Assembly (NCBI RefSeq): GCF_964204865.1
Contig: NC_135251.1
Coordinates: 12,214,001 to 12,278,000 of the forward strand
Direction of reading: 5' to 3'
From: Styela clava
Lineage: Eukaryota
Length of the DNA: 64,000 nt
Of this stretch, positions 54,901 through 63,698 are shown one piece after another. The position numbers and the translations under genes are program-made. Within the stretch, counting starts at the first letter, position 1, and the number at the start of each line of letters is the position of its first letter. The notes beneath the pieces were generated by a model, which was not told the DNA's origin, made no database searches, and saw only the letters and a program-made list of their open reading frames with translations.

Positions 54901-57900
54901 TCCTTGAATTCAATATTTGTTTTTCAGAGAAAGAACAAAAACTCAAAGAAATAAAAGAAAATTTGGAACGTGACATCGAGGAAAAGATGAAAGAACAAGA
55001 GGCTGCAGTTGCAGAAAAGAAGGAAAAGCTTGAAAAATGTAAAAAAGAAAACCCTGCTGGAAAAGGAAATGGAAAATCTCCTCACGAAAGATGTGGAGAT
55101 GAAAGTGGTAAACACACACAATGGATTATGTCGGAATACAATTTTTTTCTTGCAAAAAAAGTTTACTTCTTTTAGCATTAAAATACTCTTAATTACTATT
55201 ATTTTCCTCTATTAATGATATAAGTAAGTTTTATGACTATATGGGCTGATCTGATTTATATAGAAAAGTAAGTAACTTTTGAAAAATATCTTTGAAGTCT
55301 GCATTTTATTGCTCATCTCACTGCGCTCATGACAATTTTTGTGATGCTATGTATAATTTTGTTTTTCATCCATCTAAATTCAGATACAAACAAGCAGGTG
55401 GAAGAAGCAATGAAAAATGTTTATGAGAAGTTGAAAAAAGCAAAGACTGAAGGAGGTTTGAATTTTATATAATTTAATTACAAAAGAATAGAAAAATTCT
55501 TAATGGCATAATATTTCAATTTAGATTTAAAGACTGCTGCTTTTAAACATGCCGAACTAACAGCTGTGGCTAAGTTTGTAGGAAAAGTTGATAAATTTCT
55601 GGAATCTGAAAAAGACACAGAAAAAGGTCAGTTTCTGTTTAATATGTTAAAAATTTCCTAGTTTTTAATACTTTTCATTAAACAATTATACAAAATTATA
55701 TATTGCTTCTTTAGACAAAATTATAATGAGCCCATCCGACAAAGAAGAAATGAGAAACAAACTAGTTGAAGAAATGAAAAATAGCGGCATCGTACCAGTC
55801 GTTGAAAACAAAGCTGCAATGGGTAAGTTGGTCAAGGATTAAGTTTTCAAATTATAGGTTTTTTCATACTAAAAGTTACATTTTCGACTGAAATAGATGC
55901 TGTGAAGCATATTGAGGTGCCGACCGAAACGTTGAGGAACATTTTACAACGTAAAGTCGTTAAAGATATTACACAAAGACTTGTTGAACTTGACGAAATT
56001 ATCGGAAAGAAAGTTTTGAAACATGCGAAATCAAGTGAGAGTAAGTACAAGTTTAATGGAATATATTTATACAAAATAGAGAGAATCAGAAAAATAACAT
56101 TTGTTTCTGCGCCAACAGAAAAATGCTCAATATCGGAATTAAAGTGCAGTCACGATTGCAACAAACTGACCAAGAAATGTATTTGCTACGAGGGAATGAC
56201 TCTTGTTAACGGAAGACAATGTGTATTGAAGAAAAGTAATATATAATTGTCCTTTTTAAAATCTTATTACTTTGCTTCAATTTTTGTTAGTGGTTGATTC
56301 AATATTACTATTCCTATTTATTGATACATGCATAATTCTAGATATCCACTATGTATTTATATTTTAATAGGATTTTTAAATTCGGTAAAATTTAATACTT
56401 TTTTTTTCTCTCAGACATTACAGATGGAACGGATGTCTCAAAATTCCCTCAAGAGATATCTCTTTCTTTAATGCTACGGAAGGAAAATAAAGAATATCTT
56501 TCAGTAATAAAAAATGATACTCAAGCACTTAAATCTGATGATGAAAAGAATATGGAAGGTAAGTTATTGTCATATCAGATATCTAATTAAGGTAATATTA
56601 ATTATATTAACTTTTATTAACTCATTCAGAAACATTAGCAAGTTTAGAAAAGAAGGGATTACTCTTGGATGATCTAATTACTGCCCTCGCACATAAAAAG
56701 AAACTTGAAGTGACGAAGGTTTATGAAGCTGATTCTGACAATGGTGAAACCGAAGATCAAACATACAACGAAGAATACGAGGTATTGAAAAGAGCAAAGG
56801 AATATCAAGAAGCTGATTCTTTACAGACATTATCAATGAAACGTAAATCATTTGAAAAACTTCTTGATGCAATGAAAGAAACGGATAAAGGTAATATTAA
56901 AATGCCAATTTTGGATATCTGTCTTGGATTAGTAAATAGATATACATGGTACAATTTATCAAACTTTTTTTGTTTCCTGCAGATGAAACAACACTTGATG
57001 ATAATGATGATAAAAACACTCTGTTGGTGCTAAAATATATTGCGGAAACAAAAGTTGATAAGAAAGTTGAAGAATTGACTCAAGCACTGAAAAATAGTGA
57101 GTAATTTTTTATCTTTTCTTTAAGAAATTTCGTTTTTGAAAACAATTGTGACAATAATATTTTTTTTATTAGATTCTGACGTCTCGTCGAGGCTAAAACT
57201 TCTGGATAATCTGGGAAAAATTAAAAAGTTGAAAAAAGATTCTGAAGAAGAAATTGATTTGATAATTAAATTAGAGGAAAAAGTGAAAGATGATAAGGGT
57301 GAGGGTAGAATTTTATTCGTCATGTGCGGCATTTTGTTAATATAGTTGACTCTACACATATAAGCAACAAATGGCTATTTGATGAACTATAATTAGAATA
57401 AGGTATTTTTGTTTTTTTATTGTTCATTGAATATTAATCACGAGCAACTCATTTTTATGTTGAGTCATCTTTATTTTTAAGATTGTAATGCAAAATTCAA
57501 CTCGAAAGTATATTCTGTAAATATTGTTTATTGCCACAATTACTCAATTCTGTTATTTGTTTTCCAGAAGATCATCCCATTGAAGAAGTTGATAATCTGG
57601 ATGAAAAATCTGAAACCAAAAATCTTGAAAAATATTCTAAAGACATAATTGCTGAAATTGCGGAAGTGGAAGGTCAAAATCCAAAAGGTGAAATAATATT
57701 CGAGAACAATAACTTCAATTTGATATTTGATTTTGTTTGATAATATTTTTATTTTCTGTTTAAAACATGAAAAATACAATATGACTAATCGTTTTGTGAT
57801 AAAAAAAAAACGTATTAGGACTGAGTAATTTTATAATGACTTCTGCCTCACAATAATCTGCGGAAGTTCTACAATCCTTTTTACTCGATTGTATTCTTGT

Positions 57901-60900
57901 ATTATGATATTTGTTGTTACAGTGTGAAAACATATTTCAGCACGTCAGATTACTTCAACCAGTTCCTTGAATTCAATATTTGTTTTTCAGAGAAAGAACA
58001 AAAACTCAAAGAAATAAAAGAAAAATTGGAACGTGACATCGAGGAAAAGATGAAAGAACAAGAGGCTGCAGTTGCAGAAAAGAAGGAAAAGCTTGAAAAA
58101 TGTAAAAAAGAAAACCCTGCTGGAAAAGGAAATGGAAAATCTCCTCACGAAAGATGTGGAGATGAAAGTGGTAAACACATACAATGGATTATGTCGGAAT
58201 ACAATTTTTTTCTTGCAAAAAAAGTTTACTTCTTTTAGCATTAGAATACTCTTAATTACTATTATTTTCATCTATTAATGATATAAGTAAGTTTCATGAC
58301 TATATGGGCTGATCTGATTTATATAGAAAAGTCAGTAACTTTTGAAAAATATCTTTGAAGTCTGCATTTTATTGCTCATCTCACTGCGCTCATGACAATT
58401 TTTGTAATGCTATGTATAATTTTGTTTTTCATCCATCTAAATTCAGATACAAACAAGCAGGTGGAAGAAGCAATGAAAAATGTTTATGAGAAGTTGAAAA
58501 AAGCAAAGACTGAAGGAGGTTTGAATTTTATATAATTTAATTACAAAAAAAACGGAAAAATTCTTAATGGCATAATATTTCAATTTAGATTTAAAGACTG
58601 CTGCTCTTAAACATGCCGAACTAACAGCTGTGGCTAAGTTTGTAGAAAAAGTTGATAAAATTTTGGAATCTGAAAAAGACACAGAAATAGGTCAGTTTCT
58701 GTTTAATATGTTAAAAATTTCGTAGTTTTTTATTACTTTTCATTAAACAATTATACAAAATTATATATTGTTTCTTTAGACAAAATTATAATGAGCCCAT
58801 CCGACAAAGAAGAAATTAGAAACAAACTAGTTGAAGAAATGAAAAATATCGACATCGTACCAGTCGTTGAAAACAAAGCTGCAATGGGTAAGTTGGTCAG
58901 TGATTAAGTTTTCAAATTATATGTTTTTTCATACTAAAAGTTACATTTTCGACTGAAATAGATGCTGTGAAGCATATTGAGGTGCCGACCGAAACATTGA
59001 AGAACATTTTACAACGCAAAGTCGTTAAAGATATTACACAAAGACTTGTTGAACTTGACGAAATTATCGGAAAGAAAGTTTTGAAACATGCGAAATCAAG
59101 TGAGAGTAAGTACAAGTTTAATGGAATATATTTATACAAAATAGTGAGAATTAGAAAAATAACATTTGTTTCTGCACCAACAGAAAAATGCTCAATATCG
59201 GACTTAAAGTGCAGTCACGATTGCAACAAACTGACCAAGAAATGTATTTGCTACGAGGGAATGACTCTTGTTTACGGAAGACAATGTGTATTGAAGAAAA
59301 GTAATATATAATTGTCCTTTTTAAAATCTTATGACTTTGCTATAATGTTTCTTAATGAGTGACTCAATAATACTATGCCTACGTATGAATGTGTATGTGC
59401 ATATTTATATATCTTTATTCTGTATAATATAACATACAGTTATTGGAATTTTCAGTCAAAGAATACATTGAAGTTGTATTTTTGATTGAAGGATTTTACA
59501 TTCGGTGAAATTTAATTTGTCTTTTTCTCATAGACATTACTGATGGAACGGATGTCTCAAAGTTTCCTCAAGAAATTTCTCTTTCTTTGATGTTACGAAA
59601 GGAAAATAAAGAATATCTTTCAGTAATGAAGGAAAATATTCCAACAAATGAATCTGAGGATGAGAAGAATGTAGAAGGTAAATGATTCGTTATATCAGAT
59701 ATCTGATTCAGGTATCATTCAATCATAATATTTGTGTTCACCTTATTCAGAATCAATAGCAAGTTTAGAAAGGAAGGGATTACCCTTGGATGATCTAATT
59801 ACTGCCCTCGTACAAAAAAAGAAACTTGAAGTGACGAAGGTTTATGAAGCTGATTCTAACGATGGTGAAACCGAAGATCAAACCTACAACAAAGAATATG
59901 AAGTATTGAAAAGAGCAAAAGAATATCAAGAAGCTGATTCTCTACAGAAATTATCAATAAAACGTAAAACATTTGAAAATCTCATTGATACAATGAAAAA
60001 AACCGACGAAGGTATATTAGAAAATTTAATTTCTATTTCGAAATTGCTTTCAAACATGTCACAAATTAGCTTTTAAATTGTTTTTCTGTTTTCCTGAATC
60101 AGATGCTGATGATAAAATTAGTGAAAATGTCGGAGACATATTGAAACATATTGCTGATACAAAAATTGATACAAAATTGATAGAACTTTCTGAATCACTC
60201 GATAAAAGTATAATGACTGATTCTGACATCTCTACTAGTCTTAAGCTTTTGTCCAAGATGGGAAAGATGAGGGATTTGGTTGAAGATTCCTCTAAAGAAG
60301 TTGAGGCATTGTTTGATATTGAAAAAGTTATCAAAGTTGAGAGTGAGTTGACTATAGTTTTATTTTCATAAAAGTGAAATGGCGTCTTAGTACATAATAT
60401 ATATTTTAAAATTAATATTGTTTCATAGAAAAAAATACAGAACTAAAAGAAATACTGGAGAAAGATCTAAAGGACTTATTCGATATGGAGAATCTTAATA
60501 ATGAAGATGAACTTACTAATTTGGATTCTTGTGTTTTGATGGAAGATAGTGAAAAAGACTTACATAGAAAAGATGATGATAAAGTTGTCTGTGATCCAAA
60601 GAAGGGTATATGATTAGATTGGTATCTTGGAGTTTTCAAGCAATAAAGATTTCATATACTATTTAATTTATTGTTTCTTCCAGAAACCAGTAAAGACAAG
60701 ACCTTGAAGAAAGCTGAAGAACAACTAAGGAATGAATTCAAAAATCAATTTGAAAAATTAACAAATGGCAATAAAACTGATGGTACGAGTTCATTATTCA
60801 TTTTTATGCTCTAAGACCATTTATATTAACTTTATGTAATGAAATTAACTGAAAATGATTAGAGGTTTATTTATCCAATTTAACAACTTTAGTTGTATGT

Positions 60901-63698
60901 TCTCTTGCAGGAATAAAATCACTGTTGAAAAGTCAATTGCGTCTCAAAGCCGTGTCTGATATTTTGAAGCGTACAGATTTAATTTTGGATATGACAAAAA
61001 AAGCTACAAAACCTAGCACTGAAGTACCCAGTATTCCAGGTAATATAGTATTCTGCCATATTTTCCATTGGGAAATATCTGATTTGCAACTATTCATTTA
61101 TTTTTAACTCATTGGTCATAAACAATATATTTTGCAGAACATGTAGAAAAAGGTATTGTGAAAAGATATATATTGAATGAAATGAAAGACAATGATGAAG
61201 AAGTGGATTCGGAAGAGCAAGAAGGTATGATGGAGTATGTTTATTGTTTTTGTAGAATAGGATAGGATTTACATATTTATCCTAGGGAAGAGAAAAACCA
61301 ATAATACGGTTTAATCATATGACGAAGCACGGCCTCTCGTCCGGTTATCAGTCCATGTAAGGTATGGGATTAGTTAGCCAGTTATTTGTTTTCAGATGCA
61401 TGGACTTCGTGGATTGCATGGACTGTATCATATTTTGGTTAATCGGTGGGAAATACTACTATATATGAATTGCAACAATGTAATTATGTGATCGTAATTT
61501 TTCATATAGAAGATGAAAATTTTAAATTTGACATTTACTCTAACAGAAATAGCAAAGGAATTACCAATATCAATGGATACATTGTCCAACATGATTCGCC
61601 GAAGATCTGTCAACTCACAGGAGAAAACCCTTGCTGCTCTAAGAGAAAAAATGAAAGATAAAATCAAGAAAAATGCAGAAGCACATAAAGGTATTGTATT
61701 AATATTGCTTTGAACAACATGCGCCTAAGTTCCAGTAACAATATTAATGTACATTTGTATATTCATATAATACAATTTATATATTGAAAACAGAATCAGT
61801 TTTTTTAACATCATATGGGTCATGCGATTTCCCTGGCATTGAAACTGAATCAAATCATGTCGTAGAAGTTTTTGTCATGTATTGAGTTCTTTCCAATGTG
61901 TTCTAATTATTAATATTCTGAATATAACTTGAAAAAGCAACTTAGTCTAACTACGTGAATCACCTTCGATGACCTAAATGCTAATCTCAATCTATCTTAA
62001 GCATTTAAGAAATTTGTTTTAATTTCCGAAGGTAATTGTAAGATTACCGAATTAAAATGCTCCTCTGATTGTGATAAACTGAGAAGAATATGCATTTGCA
62101 ATGGTGGAATGATTCTTGATGCAGACAATCGCACATGTATACCAGCAACCGAGCAGGGTATGCTTTGTTTGCATTATTAATTTTGATTTGATTTATGCTC
62201 GTATGTACCATGGACCATGGTATGAACCAGGGGTGTGCAAACCGAGGCCCGCGGGTCAAATGCGGCCCGCAAAGAAGAATTGTGCGGCCCGAGGAAAAGT
62301 GCTAATTTTGAAGTATGTGCCCTCGAAACTAGTTTTTAGTTTTAATAATCTGGAACGTGTGTGCAAATCAACCTCTTTGCGTCCCGAAGCCTATACCAGT
62401 AACCGAGTGCCACTGCCATATCAGTGAAACAAGCTAGCAAGATCCTGATGGAAAATACACAATGTTATAAAAGAGTGTTCATTTTTAACTGAATCCGTTC
62501 AGAATCGGTGTGACAACAAATTCAAATAGCAGTTTTCTTTAGAAATTTTTACGTTTCAATTCAACATTTTTTCCAGAACTCCGAACAATGCCGTAAGATC
62601 GATAACCAAAAAGAAACTATTTTTTGTGCTTGCAACTACAGTAGACTCTATTTAGGAAAGGCTTCAAATACGAAAAATCCAACTTACGAAAATTATTTTC
62701 GTAATAATATATATTTCATCTACTAACGTAAGATTTTCTACATACGTAAGGCCGAAAACAAAAAACGCGTGTAGTGATATTCGTTTATTTTAGATTAATT
62801 TAATGAAGTGGTTATAGCAGGGATGTCCAATTAGAATTTATTATTCGAATATAATTTTATGTGTCTGTAAGAATACCGAATTCCTAGAGCCATCGTCAAC
62901 ATTTTGATTTAAAACATTTCACAATTATTTCATATTTTCATGTGCGTTTGCTCGTTTTCGTACATTACGTTCTCTCTCAGATTTCAACATTTAACATCTT
63001 TTCCGACCGCCGTCCTACACTCTCCATGGTCTTAGCCTCTCTAGTAAATATTATGTCCGAGTTTTGTGAGAGCTTGGAATGGATTAATGCATTTTCATTC
63101 ATGCGTCCGTACTTACGGAATTTTCTACTTACAATAGGGGTAGGAACAAATTAATTTCGTTCCGATTACGGAAACTCCTTCACAAGTAGAAAATGATTTT
63201 TTAAGGTACACATGGTAAAAAGAAATAACAAGGAAATACTGAATAGATAATGCAAATTTTTCGTATCCAGCGGCTTTCGTAGGTAGAGTTTCTAGGTGCG
63301 GATCGCGGCTTCACCGAGTTACTTACTGTAATTGGCCCGCCAGTAAAAAAGGTTGCACACCCTCGGTATAAACGACACATTTTTAATGTAATGTATTAAA
63401 CATGGCCATTATGTACCTTTCGATATCTATATACAGTATACTCAAACTAATATTTTTTTATCAGCAAATTTGCGTGACTTTGGAATAATGTTCCACATAT
63501 ATTATGAAAACTTGATTGATCTGCTTTAATCATATAAAAAAAACTTATTTTCATTTGCAGAAATTTTATCCGCCAAAACTAAAGCTCCACAAGATGTACT
63601 TTATGCAGCTCTCTTACTCACTGAAGAAAGTAACAAATTAACGACACTGAAACAATCAATTCCCAAAGCTTTGAGCAAAATAGAAAAAAAAGCAGAAG
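1..63698 (+). CDS. Giant multi-exon gene, incomplete at both ends: VWD-C8-TIL-TILa region followed by 14 EGF + acidic helical modules; likely secreted/extracellular; ~165 exons and ~9,000 aa within the window
   Basis: Successive GT-AG bounded exons join in one continuous frame. Recognisable VWD motif (TDFGLSIEFNG...GLCGNFNG..DDF), C8, TIL and 14 six-Cys EGF exons. Exon order and size recur from module to module. No start or stop codon falls in the window. Confidence 0.88.
333..714. mobile_element. Degenerate non-autonomous hAT-like MITE
   Basis: TIR cggggctgtg ... cacagccccg. Flanking 8-mers ctcgtgtc / ctcgtaac match 6/8. Internal ggagtc-type motifs. Confidence 0.55.
1340..2139. mobile_element. 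Non-autonomous hAT (Charlie-like) element, 800 bp
   Basis: TIRs caggggttctcaac ... gttgaaaacccttg. Perfect 8-bp TSD atttagta (1332-1339 and 2140-2147). Confidence 0.88.
1830..2106 (+). repeat. 139-bp direct tandem duplication inside the hAT element
   Basis: acatcaacacgaatattt...gtttcgtgactcggg occurs at ~1831 and ~1970, essentially identical. Confidence 0.92.
2323..3118 (+). CDS. Exons 2323-2467 and 2958-3118: C8 domain and start of TIL domain
   Basis: YCGKITDTAGAFKKCHVVVSPTAFYENCVTDLCESGGDMDILEA|IVAAYARECKSKDVRLCKWREETGLKMKCTGSSYYDGCASPCINTC matches the C8 pattern F..CH..V.P..FY..CV.DLC and YA..C...WR. Intron phases are consistent. Confidence 0.9.
3523..4384 (+). CDS. Exons 3523-3644 and 4187-4384: end of TIL, TILa-like domain, Thr-rich linker
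   Basis: CGVPGTVGRCVCRLGFLFENGKCIPKSQCGCQINNAYQSK|GYQIVSNDCTKSTTCMG...GCNKNEMC...FCQRVATTTTAMPTTP. The C.C..GF....G.C.P..QCGC signature is typical of TIL/TILa in zonadhesin and FCGBP. Confidence 0.85.
3752..4015 (-). mobile_element. Probable tRNA-derived SINE-like repeat (copy 1)
   Basis: Shares acatat.tatcc...acggtttaatc.tatg...gcctctc...cagtccat...ggtatgg...cagatgcatg.actt with 61268-61450. gggatttgaac at ~3993 is a reverse-strand pol III B-box (gttcaaatccc). Confidence 0.55.
4474..4668. mobile_element. hAT-type MITE, 195 bp
   Basis: TIRs caacgttccctgtaa ... tttaaaggaaacgttg. 8-bp TSD cttgagtg / ctggagtg matches 7/8. Internal tgcgcgg repeats. Confidence 0.8.
4789..13807 (+). CDS. First A-B super-unit of helical modules, including EGF1 (6329-6454) and EGF2 (11674-11784)
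   Basis: Phase-1 exons: 4789-4890, 4962-5054, 5209-5322, 5690-5785, 6091-6240, 6329-6454, 6632-6775, 7164-7277, 7991-8119, 8194-8307, 8550-8669, 8803-8949, 9142-9240, 9457-9561, 9927-10019, 10300-10407, 10773-10877, 11107-11244, 11674-11784, 11931-12074, 12279-12524, 12713-12817, 13085-13210, 13575-13673, 13757-13807. All lengths are multiples of 3 and stop-free. Confidence 0.8.
6329..6454 (+). CDS. EGF-like domain exon 1 (type A)
   Basis: GTCGFAKLSCSHGCETKNGKSFCNCPPGYSMLDENGKCSFIG: six Cys, CxCPPGY. Confidence 0.9.
7809..7891. repeat. Intronic inverted repeat (hairpin)
   Basis: Perfect 18-bp stem gagtcttgctgcacacta (7820-7837) / tagtgtgcagcaagactc (7863-7880), extendable with mismatches; 25-nt loop. 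Confidence 0.85.
11674..11784 (+). CDS. EGF-like domain exon 2 (type B)
   Basis: GKCSLQDKCIYDCDKLTGKCTCPLHMKLDSDGKSCSP. Confidence 0.88.
14369..23927 (+). CDS. Second A-B super-unit, paralogous to 4789-13210, including EGF3 and EGF4
   Basis: Exons 14369-14479, 14731-14829, 15147-15263, 15491-15595, 15819-15992, 16698-16829, 16983-17132, 17427-17540, 17810-17914, 18072-18206, 18361-18486, 18703-18732, 19158-19298, 19488-19592, 19935-20126, (20171-20206 tentative), 20507-20602, 21024-21137, 21452-21559, 21880-22023, 22326-22445, 22659-22799, 22931-23146, 23236-23343, 23802-23927. Example match: NLQKVTVLMNIHAKV...VEEYL versus NLKKVSVMMNVQEKV...VKEYI. Confidence 0.8.
16270..16579 (+). mobile_element. 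Helentron-associated / DINE-1-like non-autonomous rolling-circle element
   Basis: Subterminal inverted repeats acttatcgat (16275) / atcgataagt (16542), a (ctgt/gtcy)n microsatellite near the 5' end, a short 3' hairpin (tcgatctctgaccga) and T-rich termini. Confidence 0.65.
16698..16829 (+). CDS. EGF-like domain exon 3 (type A)
   Basis: GSCQITGLKCSHGCQANSHGKTVCKCPPGYKMVEGNTYQCTKSK. Confidence 0.9.
22105..22216. mobile_element. Hairpin MITE, copy 1
   Basis: ~40-bp inverted arms ctccagaagtacgcgcaccaagatgtcgcacaacctgaa / ttcaggttgtgcgccatcttggtgcgcatacttctggag; homologous to 26933-27046. Confidence 0.8.
22326..22445 (+). CDS. EGF-like domain exon 4 (type B)
   Basis: EKCGLKELKCSHDCDKFLQVCICFGGMVLSNDKSTCIVPE. 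Confidence 0.88.
24357..25980 (+). CDS. Acidic low-complexity linker exons (24357-24488, 24780-24836, 24963-25019, 25176-25406, 25528-25980)
   Basis: E/D/K-rich phase-1 exons with canonical splice sites; the last one carries the 17-aa repeat. Confidence 0.75.
24718..25055 (+). repeat. Tandem duplication (~183 bp period) of a 57-nt micro-exon with its intronic flanks
   Basis: acaacacaaaacg...ttggaaattaaggaagaac...gaaaattcaggtat recurs as acaacacagaatg...ttggaaattgaagaggaag...gaaaattcaggtat. Confidence 0.85.
25630..25935 (+). repeat. 51-bp coding tandem repeat, ~6 copies, encoding EKDDKDKYDGKEKDDGD
   Basis: Recurrent gataaagataaatacgatggcaaagagaaagatgatggtgatgagaaa inside exon 25528-25980. 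Confidence 0.9.
26435..29988 (+). CDS. Module containing cationic exon 28066-28209 and EGF5 (28546-28668)
   Basis: Exons 26435-26608, (26741-26779 tentative), 27078-27173, 27249-27356, 27647-27751, 28066-28209, 28546-28668, 28983-29132, 29408-29647, 29881-29988. EGF5 = EKCGLPALGCSHDCDLSSEKCICSAGMTLGGIGGKTCVWNE. Confidence 0.8.
26933..27046. mobile_element. Hairpin MITE, copy 2 (GGG...CCC termini)
   Basis: gggcgcttcagaagtatgtgcaccaaggtggcgca ... tgcgccatattggtgcacatacttcgagagtaccc; shares the core gtacacatactat.ttcaggtt with copy 1. Confidence 0.8.
30157..30419. mobile_element. Tc1/mariner-type MITE
   Basis: TA|cagggtggtagctaagaaaatagaaaatttgtcaaacag ... ctgtttgacaaattttctgttttctggcgaccaccatg|TA: ~40-bp imperfect TIR and a TA TSD. 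Confidence 0.8.
30513..35585 (+). CDS. Giant 5,073-nt exon encoding ~181 x KTKDGEDSP
   Basis: Acceptor AG at 30511-30512 and donor GTAAG at 35586, phase 1-1. The unique N-terminal part (DVQEEDDSNYQVLNAIVEVNRKLKELKE) is homologous to the same exon slot in the next module (39246-39365). Confidence 0.85.
30623..35508 (+). repeat. 27-bp coding minisatellite (aagacgaaggatggcgaagatagcccc)n, ~181 copies
   Basis: Visible directly. Substitution variants only, with no frameshifting indels across ~4.9 kb. Confidence 0.98.
35885..39847 (+). CDS. Module containing second cationic exon 37523-37666 and EGF6 (37733-37852)
   Basis: Exons 35885-35959, 36233-36415, 36726-36824, 36898-37008, 37253-37336, 37523-37666, 37733-37852, 37989-38132, 38595-38822, 39076-39174, 39246-39365, 39440-39547, 39668-39847. 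EGF6 = GNCKISEFGCSHDCDILSKKCICPHGMKLDSETKTCQWNE. Confidence 0.82.
40062..42845 (+). CDS. Exons of the first 3.06-kb unit (template for the other copies)
   Basis: 40062-40133, 40203-40304, 40393-40500, 40575-40718, EGF7 40797-40913, 41094-41237, 41309-41569, 41662-41775, 41853-41975, 42244-42363, 42666-42845; all phase 1-1. Confidence 0.85.
40797..59300 (+). CDS. EGF exons 7-13 (40797-40913, 43861-43977, 46932-47048, 49997-50113, 53059-53175, 56119-56235, 59184-59300)
   Basis: Each encodes EKCSIS(E/D)LKCSHDCNKLTKKCICYEGMTLV(N/Y)GxQCVLKK between CAG and GTAAT. Confidence 0.9.
59534..63698 (+). CDS. Diverged module after the array, EGF14 (62032-62157) and the next exon (63561-63698)
   Basis: Exons 59534-59677, 59751-60011, 60103-60342, 60429-60605, 60684-60782, 60911-61039, 61138-61224, 61547-61690, 62032-62157 (GNCKITELKCSSDCDKLRRICICNGGMILDADNRTCIPATEQ), 63561-63698. 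The last exon ends in a GT donor, so the gene continues. Confidence 0.82.
61268..61450 (-). mobile_element. SINE-like repeat (copy 2, truncated)
   Basis: Colinear similarity to 3752-3905. Confidence 0.5.
62228..63365. mobile_element. Non-autonomous hAT (Charlie/Chaplin-like) element, ~1.14 kb
   Basis: TIRs caggggtgtgcaaacc ... ggttgcacaccctcg, subterminal gcggcccgc motifs at both ends, and an 8-bp TSD gtatgaac / gtataaac matching 7/8. No transposase ORF. Confidence 0.85.

Larger units (their letters stand above)
40010..59340 (+). repeat. Tandem array of a ~3,063-bp unit (about 6.3 near-identical copies, introns included), each unit holding 11 exons (~496 aa) with one EGF
   Basis: The homologous exon starts at 40062, 43125, 46196, 49261, 52323, 55384 and 58447 (spacing 3061-3071). 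The ORF track repeats the same peptides. Exon-level similarity extends from 39668 to about 60011. Confidence 0.97.

Noticed and set aside
40525-59311. Many repeated 60-130 aa ORFs treated as a cluster of small separate genes
   Set aside because: Plus-strand ORFs are exons running into introns, and minus-strand ORFs are their antisense shadows. All exons chain into one reading frame.
40010-59340. Array as a pure assembly artefact or as pseudogenised copies
   Set aside because: Each unit has private and neighbour-shared variants, graded ends, and intact frames and splice sites. The exact copy number still needs read support.
62228-63365. Autonomous transposase gene in the hAT element (ORFs 62116-62427, 62942-63154)
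   Set aside because: The ORFs are short, lack transposase motifs, and the element is too small.
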